Positions 1 through 13,587 are shown, counted from the first letter of the stretch. The stretch: DNA of 64,000 nt from Dictyostelium discoideum (GCA_000004695.1 CM000151.3:7680001-7744000), one strand, 5' to 3'. Notes: generated by a model not told the origin, from the sequence alone. Made by a program: numbers and translations.

Positions 1-322
1 AAAAAAAAAAATTATGGTTATCTTTCTTTTTCAAAACATAAAAAGTAGAATTACAAATCAAAAAAACAATAATAAATAAAATAAAAAAATAATAAAAAAT
101 AAAAACAAAATAAAAAAATAAAAAAATAAAAAAATAGAAAAAAAAAAAATCAAAAAAAAAAAATCAAAAAAATTAAAATTTTTTTTTTTATAAAAAAAAA
201 AATACCTATTTTTCGAGGTTACCTCAACAACTCCTATTTTTTTTTTTTTTTTCTCACACAAATCAATTAAACTTAATAATATAATATATATATATATATA
301 TATATATAAATATAGATAAAGA

Positions 323-545
323 ATGCCTATTATCTATTCACTTGTAGCAAGAGGATCATCTGTTTTAGCAGAGTTCACAAGTACTAATGGTAATTTTGTT
401 ACAATTACAAGAAGAATTTTAGATTTAATCCCACCAAATGATACAAAAATGTCCTATGTTTATGAAAAGTATTTACTATTTACCAATTACTATTTTTATT
501 TTATAAACATAACTATCAAATCCATATAACACATTAATACTAATA

Positions 546-576
<31 letters not shown>

Positions 577-1122
577 AATAATAATAATGAATAATAATTA
601 TTTAATATTTTTAGGTATATTTTTCATTATTTAGTTAGTGATACATTAACATATCTTTGTATGGCAGATGAAGAATTTGGTAGAAGAATACCATTTACAT
701 TTTTAGATGATGTAAAGAATAGATTTAAATCAATGTATGGTGATAAAGGTAAAACAGCAATTGCATATGGTATGAATTCAGATTTCTCAAGAACATTGGA
801 GAATTTAATGGATCATTATTCAAATACAACACGTGTAGATACAATGAGTCGTACAATGGCTGAAATTGATGAAGTTAAAAATATATTAGTTAGTGATATA
901 GCTCCACAATTATTAAAACGTGGTGAGAAAATTGAAATGTTGGTTGAACGTACTGATACACTCAATCAACAATCTTTTAAATTTAAAAAACAAAGTAAAC
1001 AATTAAAATGTGCAATGTGGTGGAAAAATGTTAAATTAATGTTAGTTTTAGGTGCTATTGTACTTGTAAGTAGTAAAATTAGTAATTTTTTTTATAAAAA
1101 CTCATTTTTTAATAAAATATAA
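323..1122 (+). CDS. vamp7A: VAMP7 (longin-domain R-SNARE, synaptobrevin-like). Two exons about 323..468 and 615..1122, 217 aa.
   Basis: Exon 1 (MPIIYSLVARGSSVLAEF...MSYVYEK) aligns to the longin domain of VAMP7. Exon 2 continues YIFHYLVSDTLTYLCMADEEFGRRIPFTFLDDVKNRF...SNARE motif...C-terminal TM (LMLVLGAIVLV). The intron has a GTATTT donor at 469 and a TTTTTAG acceptor at 614, and the phases match (2+1). Paralogue assignment is tentative. Confidence 0.85.
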
Positions 1123-1413
1123 ATATTAACATTAATTTTATAATAATAAAATAATAATAATAATAAAATAATAAATTATAAATTATAAATTATAAACAAT
1201 ACAATAAATTTTTTCACAAATTAGATTATTATTTTCATTATTGTTATGTCATATTGTGATGGTTTCCGTTCAGGTTCAAAATGTCGTTCATCACCATCAT
1301 CAAATTCAACACCAACCCCAACTCCAACCGAAACCCCAACTCCAACTCCAACTCCAACTTCAACTCCAACTCCATCACAATTATTAGAAACTCTATTAAA
1401 CCAATTTTAGATA

Positions 1414-1449
<36 letters not shown>

Positions 1450-2672
1450 AATTGAAAAAAAAGTCCTCTTAATTTAAATTAAAAACAGAATAAAAAAAAA
1501 AAACTATTTCATTTTGAAATAGAATGTATACACCCCAATCAATCATTATAAGTTAGAAAACGCATATATAATAGTAATTTTTTCTTTTTTTTGAGAAAAA
1601 AAATTTTAAAATAAAAATGTTTTATTAAATTTCCAAGTTATTTAGACACAAAATATATATATAGATGATACACATTCATTCTAAATAAAAAAAATTTAGT
1701 AAACAAAAAAAATAATAATTTAGACATTTGTTTTTTTATTGTTATTAAAAAAGAATATTTCATTTTATTAAATAATTTTTTATTTTAATTTTTTTTTTAG
1801 CTAAAAGATCAAGAAAATAATTTGGAAGGGATGAATCAAGATAGAAACCTAAAATTTACAAATAAAAGATTATTATTAATATTTGAATAAATTTTATACA
1901 ATTTCTAATGTGGAGGTTGGGGGTCAAATTGTATTATATTATTTTAAATCTGTCAGGTTAAAGACCTTACCACAGGCCAACAATTTTCTCAGCAAGACAG
2001 AAATACTAAGACAGGGATAAATTATTTCATCATTAAGATTAAAAATAATAATAATACTACTATTTACTTGACCACCACCCCACTTAACATTTTTTTTTTT
2101 TTTATTTTTTTTTTATACATACAATTTTTGTTTGTTGCTTGTTGAAAAAAAGAGTCAATAAAATTAGTTTTTATATCCAAAAACTCGACCGAAAACGAAA
2201 AAAAAAAAAAATAAAAAAAAAAAAATTGAAAATAATTTTTTTTTTCATTTTTTTTTTTACATTGCACTTACATAGAATTTACATAAAAAATCATATGCGA
2301 ACAAATTTTTGGTTATTAAATTTTTTCTAAAACTATTTTATTTTTTGATATGTGATTCTTTTTTTCACTTTTTTTTTATTTTTAATTTTTCAACATTCCA
2401 ATCAAAAAAAAAAAACAGAACAAAATCAAATTTCAAGATACTCTATTAACAAAAATAGTATTTTTTTATTACCAAACAATAATTAAAAAATAAAAAAAAA
2501 ATAAAAAAATTAATTTAATAATGGTGATTAAATATGGAAATTAAATTAAATTAAATTAAATAAAATAAAAAAATAATAAATGTATTATAATACTCTATTA
2601 TTATTATTGGTATTTTAAACTATTTTAAAAGTTTTTTTTTTTTTTTTTTTTTTTATTATTTTTATTTTATAT

Positions 2673-5543
2673 TTATTTATTTAAATTTAATTGTGATCCT
2701 CCAGATGAATTTTCAGGACCAGGTCTTTTTCTTAAACCAGTTTGACCTAATTTAATTGCGTTTGCAAGAGCAGCTAATGGATCAGCACCACCAGCAATCT
2801 TTTTATTTTGAACAGCACCATTATCACCAGAAGCTTTGGCGAGTGCTTCTCTTTCTTTTTCAATTTTTTGACATTGTTTTGAAAATAATAATGAGAATGA
2901 GTAGATTGAATTAAAGAATTGTTGACAAGAGGCAGTTGTAGCATAAGATTTTGGATAACCAAAAAATTCAACTAATTGAATGAAAGAATCTACAATATTT
3001 TTTTGATTTTCTTTAAGGTTTTTAATATCGATTTCAGTTTTCTCCAAGAATGAACCAATGGTTGATTGGAATTTTGAAGAGGAGGGTATATTTGCTTCTA
3101 AAACTTTTTTACAATTATTTTTGGATATATTAAATTGTTTCTCTAAATCATTGATATCGGTTGACATATCAGAGATTGAAAGTTGAACCAATTTCAAAGA
3201 GTCTAGTTCTTGAGCGACATTCATAGTTTTTGGATACTTTTCCATGGAGATCTTTGATACATAATCCAAAAGTGAGGTTTTATTCTCCACATCTTTACTG
3301 GTTGCCAAGGAATCTAAAATTTCAAGAGTGAAACCATCGGCTTGACCTCTACCACTACCACCATTCATATAATTACCAAGTACCAATACGATACCCAATA
3401 TCTTTTTAAGTGAATCTGATGATTTTGTGTCTTTGATTGCATTTTGAAGTTTTTCCAAAATTTGAATGATATTATTATACATTTCTTGATATTCCAATTG
3501 GAATAACCAAGCTACTAAACGTTCTTTCATCATTGGGAAACCATAGATTTCAAGAATCCATCTTTCTGGTTTATCCAATTTGGATTCATGAATTTCTGAT
3601 CCTTTAATTAATTGATAATCTTGTTCAGTTGGTACATTTGTAATCAATGTTTTAATGATCTCTTTACCTAGAATTGAATTATCGACTGTATCGATTGCTT
3701 TCTTTAAACCTTCGGCAGTTGGTATTTTTGCCAACATAAATGCAATTGAATTTGATTTCTTTATATCTACTAATGAAACTAATTTAACTTTTTCACCTTC
3801 TTTACCTGTTGTTGAGGAGGGGTTTGTTGATAAAGATGAATCTACCGCTTTTTTCTTTGCACAAAATAAATTTTCAAAATCTTTTGAATCAAATGTTGGT
3901 TCTAAAACTTGATCCCAAATTGATTCATTTCTATTTGATGGTGGTAAAATAATTCTCTTCCAATATAATGGTTTCATTTTACTTGATGGATTAATAACTG
4001 GTTTATTTGGTTGAATTGCTGCAGGTCCTGTAGGTGGAGCACCTGGTGCTCCTGCTTTTTTACCACCAGAAGGTGGTGGTGGAGGTGGTGGTGGTGGTGC
4101 TCCTCCTCCAGAGGGTGGTGGTGGTGGTGGAGGAGGTGGAGGTGGTGCTCCTCCTCCAGAAATGGGTGGTGGTGGTGAAGGTGAAGGTGGTGGTGCACCA
4201 CCACCAGAAATTGGTTGACCATCATTACTAATATCAGGACTGGTTGGTGTAAATGCTGCTGTTGTTATTAATGATTGTGAAAAAATTTGTTGAGCTTCAT
4301 TTGGTGGCATCTTTTCTTCAATTGCTAATTTTAATCTTTCAATTTCTAATGTTGCTTCTTTTAATGAACTTTGAATTGATTGAATATCACTATCATTTAA
4401 AGTTGAAGTATTTGAAGAAGAGGAAGAAGCTTTTTGATTATTTGATGAATCTTGAGAAGGTGAAATTGATTGTTGTAATTTAAATTTAACTTCAACTTGA
4501 GTTAATCTTTGATTTTCTTCATTTAATTCAGCAATTGTCGAATCAAATTGTTTTTTATTTGCTAATACTTGATTTTTTAATTCCTCGGATAATTTTGTTT
4601 CTTGACGAAGTTGTTCATTGATTGCTAAAATTTTCTTTTCAAATTCATTAATTTTATCACGTTCAGCCGCTGTAGTTTTTAAGAAAGAAAGATCGGCTGG
4701 ATAAGATTGAATAGTTGGACCAAGATATCTTTGCATTGGATGAGAACTAAGGAAAACACGATCAGTTGAAGCTTCTTTAATTAATTGTTGTGCCAATTTC
4801 AATTCCTCTTTAAGAATTGCTATTAATGGTTGTTGTGCTTCATATTCTGTAAGTTTTGATTTTAATCTATTGCAAATTGCTTCCAATCTACTTGCTTTGG
4901 TTCTAAGATTTACACCTGAAGTTTCTTCATAAATTTCCAATTGTATTTGAAATTCTTGTTGTTGAATGGATGTTAGGGAACGTAATTTATCATCTAACCC
5001 TAATTCACCCCATTTCTTACAAAGTTTACCAACTTTTTCATCGGTTGGACAATTACTTAACAATACATTTAACAAAGTGAATGCATTGATTTTGGTTTCC
5101 AAATCACCTGAATCCAATAACTTTATAACATTTAAATATGGTTTTTTACCTTGAGCTACCGCTGTACCTTTAGCTGCTAAATGAACCGATTTAAAACCTT
5201 CCTCTTTTCTAAAATCACATAATACAAATAATAATTCCAATGCTCCTCTACAAACACCTACAACATTACTATCAACTAAACTAAACAATTGTTTAACTAA
5301 ATGTGGAGTTTTGGTAATAATTTCCATTGCACTAACATATTCAAGACATGCTCTTAACGATGCTAATGAATAAGTTTGTGCATTACCTTTACCATTTGTT
5401 ACCATTCTTAAAATACCTTCCATACCATTTTGTTCAATAAATGATTCTGCAAATTCATTTTCCTTTAAATAATTTTAAAATTTAAGAAAAAAAAAAAAAA
5501 ATTATTATTATTATTATTATTATTATTTATTTTTTGGAATTAT

Positions 5544-5582
<39 letters not shown>

Positions 5583-6024
5583 AACCTACTTGTAATTTAT
5601 ATTTTAAATGAAACATTATATCTTTTTCATTTGTTTCAGAATCATTTAAGGCTTTTACCCATTTTGAAGAACGATAAGTTGGATTTAATTGAAGGACTAA
5701 AGCAGTTTCACCAGATTCATAAAGTTGTTTAACAATGTGTTTAGTTTTTGATTCATCTGATTGAGGTGGCCAATTTAAATATTTTTTTGATGATTCTAAC
5801 TGTAAACAATAATCTTGAGCAGAGGATTCTTTAATACCAAATAATTGACAAATTGCTAGAAATACAGTTTTATATGAAGAATTTTGATCTAAATTATAGG
5901 TTTTAGAACCTTGTTGCATTTGTAATGCTGTTACATTTATTGATGATCTATTGTCAATTGAATTTGAAAGTGATGTTGAATTATTACTAATTGGATCTAA
6001 TTGAAATGTAATTGATAATATCAT
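2673..6024 (-). CDS. forG: Formin (Diaphanous-related: GBD/FH3, FH1 poly-proline, FH2, DAD-like C-terminus). Two exons about 5590..6024 and 2673..5462, 1074 aa.
   Basis: Exon 1 (MILSITFQLDPIS...KYKLQ) has a GTAGGT donor. Exon 2 begins ENEFAESFIEQNGMEGILRMVTNGKG (armadillo-like GBD/FH3). The FH1 region is GGGAPPPPPPPPPPPSGGGAPPPPPPPPPSGG. The FH2 begins KPLYWKRIILPP... and carries the GNYMNGGSGRGQADGF motif. The C-terminal DAD-like stretch is DPLAALANAIKLG. The total of 1074 aa matches my recollection of ForG's length, but the symbol is tentative. Confidence 0.8.
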
Positions 6025-6270
6025 TTTTTGATTTTATATTTCCAAAATGTTTTTTTTTTTTTTTTTCAAAAAAAAAAAAACCCACACATAAGTTTTAAAA
6101 ATATATAAAAACTATAATTTTTTTTTTGTTTGGAAAAAAAAAAAAAAAAAGGGGTGATGTGAATAAAAAAAAAAAAAAAGAAAAAAAAAAAAAAAAAAAA
6201 ATTGATTTCCTTAGATTTACAACCAAATCAAGTTTGTGGCTTGTTTTTTTTTTTTTATTAATAAATATTT

Positions 6271-6308
<38 letters not shown>

Positions 6309-6537
6309 AAATTTTTACAACGAGTTAAAAAAAAAAAAAAATAAAAAAAAAAAAAAAAAAAAAAAAAATAAAAATAAATTTATGGTTCGGTTGGAAATTT
6401 TCGAATAACTGTTTTATGGAGATTGTTTGTGGATTCTAAGGATATTTTTATAACCTTTTAATTTTTTATTTTTATTTTTAATAATAAAAATTATTATTTT
6501 ATTTTTATTTTTTTTTATTTTTTTTTTTTTTATTTTA

Positions 6538-8131
6538 TTATTTTTTATTTTTAAAACTTAAAATTATTAAATTTCTTGGTGAAATTAATTTATTAAAAAT
6601 TGGAATAATAAAAGATTGAGTAGTTGAAGAAAATTGATTTAGATAAAGAAAACGATCCAAAACTATTATAGATTCTAATACTGGTGCTAATAAACTACGA
6701 AGTAATAAAAAAGTGGTAATTTGTTTTTCTTGTTGTTTTTGATTTTGTTGTTCAAAATATGAAATTATTGGTTGACAAGTTTCTGGTAATTTAAAATCTA
6801 AATGAATTGATTGTTCATTTTGTTGCCTTTTCATTCTAATTAATGCAGCATTATAATAGGATTTATAATCTTTTGATTGATTTTTTGAAATATTTCTAAT
6901 TGTAAAATCATGAGATTTAATTAAATTATTATTAGATTTATTGATTTCATTTAAAATCCAATCTTCTAAAATTACTCTATAATAATGAATTCTACTGCTG
7001 TATTTAAAACTTTCTAAATCTTTTTGGCTTGAATCACTTGCTTCACAAGATAATTTTAAAGGTGCAGGACCAAGTTTTAAATTTTTTTTAATACAATGAT
7101 CAGACATAAATTCATGATTAGAATCTGTATCGATTTTATAATAACAACAACCAACATCAATAATTGAATCAATATTTGAACATTGTAAATAGTTTTTAAT
7201 CATTGTTGGTGGTAAAATACCACAAGTATGTAAACCAATTAACATTATTGATTCATAGTTTTTAGTTGAATCATTTCTATTTAATATATTTAAAAAGTCA
7301 TCATTTTTCATATCAGTTGAAATCGTTGTAACACACATATTTGTTGATTTTAAATTTAATTTATTCATAATTTCTTTTTTTTCAATTTCTTTAATTTTTT
7401 TAATTTCATTTAAATTGTTTTCAATATTATTTAATTTTAATTTATTATTTATAATTTCAGTTGTTGATGTTGTTTCTTTTTGTTGTTTTAATTCTTTTTT
7501 AATTCTTTGATTTTCAATTAATGATTGCCTTTTAATTGCACCTTCAATAAATGATTCAGAACAATCAATTGCAGTCATACTATGATTGAATTGATGATTT
7601 AGAATTTGAGTTAAATAAGCTTCACCAGCACCTATATCAACAATTTCATTTGGATTTAATTGTTTGGCAATCATATTTACAAATTCAGACATTCTAAGAA
7701 TTTCATGAATCTTTTTTTCAGACATACCCAAGAAAAGAGAATCTAAATTAAAATCTTTTTTAGTATCTTGTAATATCCATTGATCATCTGGTAAATAAAC
7801 ATTTTTTGGAATCCATAATTCAATAGCATCTGTTATAAATGATTTTAATGAAATTGGCCATTCACCTTTTATTACAGTTCCAGAATGAAATTCAACACAT
7901 TCATCATCTGTTAAATCTAATAATGGTTGTTTCCACTCTTCTGGTATTAATCTTGACCATATATTATCTCTAAAGAAATCCAATGACCTATTTTCATAAA
8001 GAAATGAATATTTATTAATAAATTCAATTAAATCATCAGCATATTTAATTGAATCTTTATATTTATTTGGTCTTATACAACCACTTTTAAAATTTTCTTC
8101 ACCAATATATTTTTTTAATAAAACTTCATTT

Positions 8132-8136
<5 letters not shown>
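6538..8136 (-). CDS. Class I SAM-dependent methyltransferase, METTL25-like, 532 aa.
   Basis: Single ORF. The VDIGAGEAYLTQIL motif (GxGxG SAM-binding) is followed by a long N/K-rich insert and a C-terminal conserved block (LIGLHTCGIL). Family assignment is by motif only. Confidence 0.55.
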
Positions 8137-8162
<26 letters not shown>

Positions 8163-8515
8163 ATCTTAGATATTTATTAAAATTACTATAAAAATCTAGA
8201 TATATATTATTACACGTTTCAAAAATTTGTTGTTTATAAATTTTTTTTTTTTTTGATTTTTTTTTTTTTTTTCACCGAATTTAAAATTTTTTTTTTATTT
8301 TTTAATTTTTATGAAAGTATTTGTACTATTGATCAAAAAAAAAAAAAAATAAAAAAAATAAAAAAAAATCATTTTTTTTTAAATTTTTAATTTTTTTTTT
8401 TTAATTTATTTTATATCTTTAAATCTTTTTTCACCATTATAATAATAAACTTATATTGCTATTATTATTTTTTATTTATTATAAATTTAATCAAAAAAAA
8501 AAATCAAAATAAAAA

Positions 8516-8577
<62 letters not shown>

Positions 8578-8578
<1 letters not shown>

Positions 8579-9636
8579 TGCAATATAATGGAAAATCACA
8601 ACAATCTATTAATAAAATTAATTGTATAATTGAAAAGAATCAATCAAATTCAATTATTAATAAATTTCAAGTTGCTAGTCCATATGATGATTATGATGAT
8701 AGATTGAATTTTTTAGAAACTATTGAAAAGAATAGTGGATTTTATAATGTTTTATGTGAATTATTCTTACCTAATGGATATCCAGATTCAGTTACAACCG
8801 ATTACTTTGGGTATCAATTTTGGGATTCAATTCAAGCACTTTGTAGTACAATCACAGGTACATTAGCAACTAGGGCAATTCTTAAAGGATATGGTGTTGG
8901 TGATTCATCGGCAACGGTTGCATCAGCGACTACTCAATGGTTAATTCGTGATGGTATGGGCATGATTGGGAGAATTGTATTTGCGTGGCGTAAAGGCACA
9001 GATTTAGATTGTAATTCAAAAAAGTGGCGTTACACAGCCGACATTCTAAATAACATTGGTATGGCATTCGAGATGATAAGTCCGCTATTCTCATCTCAAC
9101 TCTTTCTGCCACTATCATGTATCGGACTAATTGCCAAGAGCATTTGCGGTGTTGCCGGTGGCTGTACGAAAGCGTCACTAACTCAACATTTTGCTAAACG
9201 TGATAATTTAGCTGACGTCTCTGCAAAAGATGGCTCACAAGAAACTGCCGTCAATCTAGTTGGAATGCTCCTTAGTGTTATAGTCTCAAGTTTTATCAAT
9301 GACAATACCTCACTAATCGTCACTTGGTTAGTATTTCTATTTTTTACATCGTTACATTTGTTTTGCAATTATCGTGCAGTCTCTGCTGTCCAATTGAAAT
9401 CAATCAATCGTTATAGGGCATACTTAATTTATGATTACTTTATTCACAATCAAGGTTCAATACCCTCACCCTCAGAAATCTCAAAATTAGAGAACATCCT
9501 CTTTTCTATCAAAGAGCTTGATATTAGAGTTGGTGTCTCATTATGTAACATATATAAAGTACAACAAAAACAACAAAAATTAAATAATCAATTTTTACAA
9601 CAAAAATTAAATAATATAACCAAAACAAAAAATGTA

Positions 9637-9701
<65 letters not shown>

Positions 9702-9777
9702 TAATAATATAAATAATATAAATAATAATATAAATAACAATATAAATAATAATATAAATAACAATATAAATAATAAA

Positions 9778-9857
<80 letters not shown>

Positions 9858-10161
9858 TAGTTTAGAAATTATTAAAAAAATTAAAAAATCAAAATCATTT
9901 ATAATTTGGAAAAAACATAGTCAAAGAGGAAATAAAATTTTAGAAAAAGATTTCACATTATTAATTGCTTTATTGAATGGTTCAACTACAAGAGATATGA
10001 TTGAATCCTATTTTTACGCTGTTGAATACTTTCATTTGTCAAGTGTTCAAATTCCACCAACAATCAATATATCTGGTACTTTCTTTAAGAGGTTAGAAGA
10101 AAAAGGGTGGGATCTTGATAGAGCTTTATTAAATTCTGAAGGTTGGACATTTGGTATTTAA
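8578..10161 (+). CDS. RUS1/DUF647 family protein (root UV-B sensitive / RUSF1-like), 527 aa, with an internal ~70-residue poly-N tract.
   Basis: The conserved DUF647 core is LATRAILKGYGVGDSSATVASATTQWLIRDGMGMIGRIVFAWRKGTDLDCNSKKWRYTADILNNIGMAFEMISPLF. (AAT)n encodes the N-run at about 9640..9850. Confidence 0.7.
9640..9850 (+). repeat. (AAT)n microsatellite with periodic AATATA interruptions inside the DUF647 CDS (poly-Asn with NNNI periodicity).
   Basis: Direct reading: aataataat... interrupted by ataaataatata units. Confidence 0.9.
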
Positions 10162-10165
10162 ATAA

Positions 10166-10198
<33 letters not shown>

Positions 10199-10556
10199 AA
10201 ATGTTTTAAATATTAATTATATATCTTTTATTACTTTAAAATAAATATAATATTTTCATTACAAATTTATGTTGAATATTTCAATATAAAATGTGATTTA
10301 CTCTAAAAAAACCATTTTTTTATTTTTTTTTTTTTTATTTTTTTAATTTATCCAAAACAAATTTATATATATATATAAAATAATAATAATAATAATAAAT
10401 TAATTGTATTGTGACAAAATTTTATTTTTATTTTTTTATTTTTTTAATCCTAAATGATGTTAAATAGTTATTTTTTTTTTTGAAAACTATTTCTTACTAT
10501 TTTACTATTATACTACGTTTCTGTACTGCTACTTTTTTTATTATTTATTATTATTT

Positions 10557-11038
10557 TTATGTATCGAATTCAAGAGTGAAATCATATTCAATAGTTGGGA
10601 TAACAACTGAAATAAACTTTAAAAAGAGGAATAAATATTGGTCAACTCTTGGTTCTTTACCATTTTCGGATTGTCTATCAACCAATTTTTTCATGACGGC
10701 AGCATGTCTACATGGATGAATGTATGCAAATGAGATACCTAAATGTGGGTGGCTATCGATTGTGACAGTTTTATGTGCATGATCTTCTGAAATATCTTCA
10801 AAGATTTCTTCTGGTTTCAATGGTTTTCTATTTTCATCATATCCAAATAACCAAACTCTTGGTGTTTGATAATATTTATCATAAGTGATTGAAATATCAT
10901 ATGTACGAGTACGTAAAATATTATCATTATCTTCAACTTTATTTTCTGAATTATTATTATTATTGTTGTTAGCTGTTGTAGTAGTTGTTGTTTTATTATT
11001 TTTTGATAATACAGCCTATATAATAAAAATAAAAAAAA

Positions 11039-11121
<83 letters not shown>

Positions 11122-11968
11122 TTAATTATTGATACTTACTGGATCCTCTTCTTCAATTATATTATCATCTTGGAAATCATCTAAATCTGGAATATCACCA
11201 TCTTCATCTTCATCCTCATCATCATTATTATTATTATTATTATTTGTTGGTTTTGCTGTTGTAGTGGTTGTCGTATTTGGTTTTTTATCATCAATTTTTA
11301 ATGATGAAATATCAACTTTTTCATCTTCAATATCATCTTGATTTCCAACTGGTTGTGGTGCGACCCATGAATCTTCACCATCGTCTTCAATTTGGATTTC
11401 ATCTGCTTTTGATGCTTTTGATTCATTCTCTAAGGTTCTAACTCTATTATAACATGGTACTTTTATTATTTTAAAATAAAAATATAATAATAATATTAAT
11501 TATAGGGTTACACAACATAATTAAAAAAAAAAAGTTTTTTTTTTTTTTTTTTTTTAAAAAAAAAATTAAAACACATACCATTTCTAGTTAATAAAAATTG
11601 TTTTTCTTTTGGTAAATATGATACATTTCTTGATGGGTCACCTGATTCCCAAGTCCAAGTTTGGCATTTATCTGTTAATAAGTCACCAGCTTGGACAAAC
11701 TAAATAATAAAAATAAAAAAAAAAAAAGTTTATAATAAAATAAAGTTTTAATATTTTTAGTTTAGATAAAATTATAATAATAAAATAAAAAAAAAAAAAG
11801 TAAAAAAATAAAAAAAAAAAATAGATAAAAAATAACATTAAAGAAAACTACCTCCTCTGGTGTTAAAACACCTTCTTCTAAAAACTTTGAAGTTGATAAA
11901 GTTGGTGTTACTTTTTCAACAGTCTTAACATATGCTTTATGAACAGCTTGTTGAAATGATGTTAACAT
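10557..11968 (-). CDS. atg3: Autophagy E2-like enzyme Atg3. Four exons about 11852..11968, 11579..11699, 11140..11459 and 10557..11015, 338 aa.
   Basis: N-terminus [39 protein letters not shown]|[21 protein letters not shown]...FLLTRN|[11 protein letters not shown]...acidic flexible region ([16 protein letters not shown])...|...[78 protein letters not shown]...IEYDFT aligns end-to-end with human ATG3, including the catalytic HPC motif. Donors are GTAGTT, GTATGT and GTAAGT, and all phases are consistent. Confidence 0.9.
11041..11120. repeat. (TAA)n/(ATT)n microsatellite within atg3 intron 3.
   Basis: Direct reading. Confidence 0.9.
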
Positions 11969-12137
11969 TTTTTTTTTTTTTTTTTTTTTTAATTTGAAAG
12001 ATACAATAATTTGCGTTTGCTGTATAATGTTTTTTTATCGTATATTAATATAATTATATATTCTAACGTATTGTGCGTGCGTGTAAAATGTGTGTGGTCT
12101 AAATAATTATCTAAAAATGTTTTTGTGTGTGTGATAA

Positions 12138-12229
<92 letters not shown>

Positions 12230-12472
12230 TTAATATTTTATTTTTTATTTTTTTTTTATTTTTATTTATTTTTTTTATTTTTTTTATTTTCTGAAATTAT
12301 GTGAGAAAAGAGTATTTCATAAATATCTTTCTAAAAATAACTTGATAATTCACCAATTAAGTCGTATTATTAAAATTATTTGGAAATTTTTTTTTTTTTT
12401 TTTTTTTTTTTTGAAAACAAGAAACTATTTTTGGTTTGGTTTGATTTGATTTGATTACTTTTTTTTTTTTAT

Positions 12473-12649
12473 TTAAGATAACATACTGTACATTGCTTCA
12501 CCAAGGAAAAATGAAACTATAATTGAAGCTATTCCTGTAATTGATGAGATAAGACCTTCGATCCACCAATCACCAGTATAATATTTGCTCTAAATATATA
12601 TATATATATATATTTTAAAAGAAATATTAATAAATTTGATCATTGTCGG

Positions 12650-12693
<44 letters not shown>

Positions 12694-13232
12694 CCTTAAA
12701 AGATCCAATTAAAAATAATAAAATTTCAACAATAAAAATTAAAATTGATAAAAGTAAATTTCTATTAATTGCAATTTGATAAATTTGATAATAATAATAT
12801 GTACAAAAATAGAAAGGCAATAAAGGGGCCATACCAAATGCAATGAATGAGAAGAAAGTTGAGATTGCAGTATGAATGGGTGAGAGTAGTAATTCAACTG
12901 GTAGTAAATTTAATTCTTCAGTCATCATGATATCAACGAATAGATCTTTATATTTGCTTAATAGTTCTACCACCTTTTTTGCATCATTCTCTTCCATACC
13001 TTTCAAAGAATAAAGTTCGACCATTTCTCTTTGTTCACCTTCTACATAGTTATCATATTCCCACACTTCCCTCTTCTTTTCACTTTCATAGAAATTATAT
13101 TCAATCTTTCTACTACTCGCTTCAATTAATGATAACCCTATTCCACATCCAATTATAATCACTGTTGTTATATACACTATTTTAAAGTTATTATCATTTT
13201 CTAAATTATTGTTATTATCTATATATATGTTT

Positions 13233-13285
<53 letters not shown>

Positions 13286-13587
13286 TAGTTGTTGTTGTTT
13301 ATGGAAAAATGTTTGTAATGCTATTAATGTTGATATTGAAAATATAAGAGCATAACCTCCTATTGAAATTGCCACTTTTAAATATTTTATTGAATTTCTT
13401 TTGAATGAATTACTTTTTAAAATAAAAAAAAAAAAAAAAAAAAAAAAAAGTATTAACATTAGTATATGAGTATGAATGTTTATGTAAAGTATATTTATTT
13501 ATATATAAATATACTAATATATATTTATATATATATATATTTTTGTATATATATATATATATATATAAATATATAAATATACTAATA

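Noticed and set aside
58-261. Minus-strand 67-aa ORF (poly-F/K) at the window start.
   Set aside because: It arises entirely from A/T homopolymers and (AAAAT)n, with no codon structure or splice context.
1281-1472. 63-aa ORF. In another frame this encodes a (TP)n/(NS)n repeat peptide (...TPTPTPTETPTPTPTPTSTPTP...).
   Set aside because: The repeat is (CCAACT)n-like DNA readable in all frames. There is no upstream exon or ATG context, and it lies in the 3' flank of vamp7. It could be the C-terminus of a low-complexity protein, but I cannot support a gene model.
3974-4483. Track ORFs on both strands (poly-H/E/V/L peptides) overlapping the formin FH1 region.
   Set aside because: They are alternative-frame readings of the GGT/GGA repeat that encodes poly-proline on the minus strand.
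6126-6344. 72-aa poly-K ORF.
   Set aside because: It is a homopolymer A run in the formin 5' flank.
8930-9368. Two minus-strand ORFs inside the DUF647 gene.
   Set aside because: They are antisense to a well-supported conserved CDS and show no motif.
12590-13459. The track ORF's N-terminus [12 protein letters not shown]... and C-terminus ...[14 protein letters not shown]...IYIYIYI.
   Set aside because: These are read-through of introns (poly-T and (AT)n). The real VIT gene uses GTAAAT and GTTTGT donors, as described under features.
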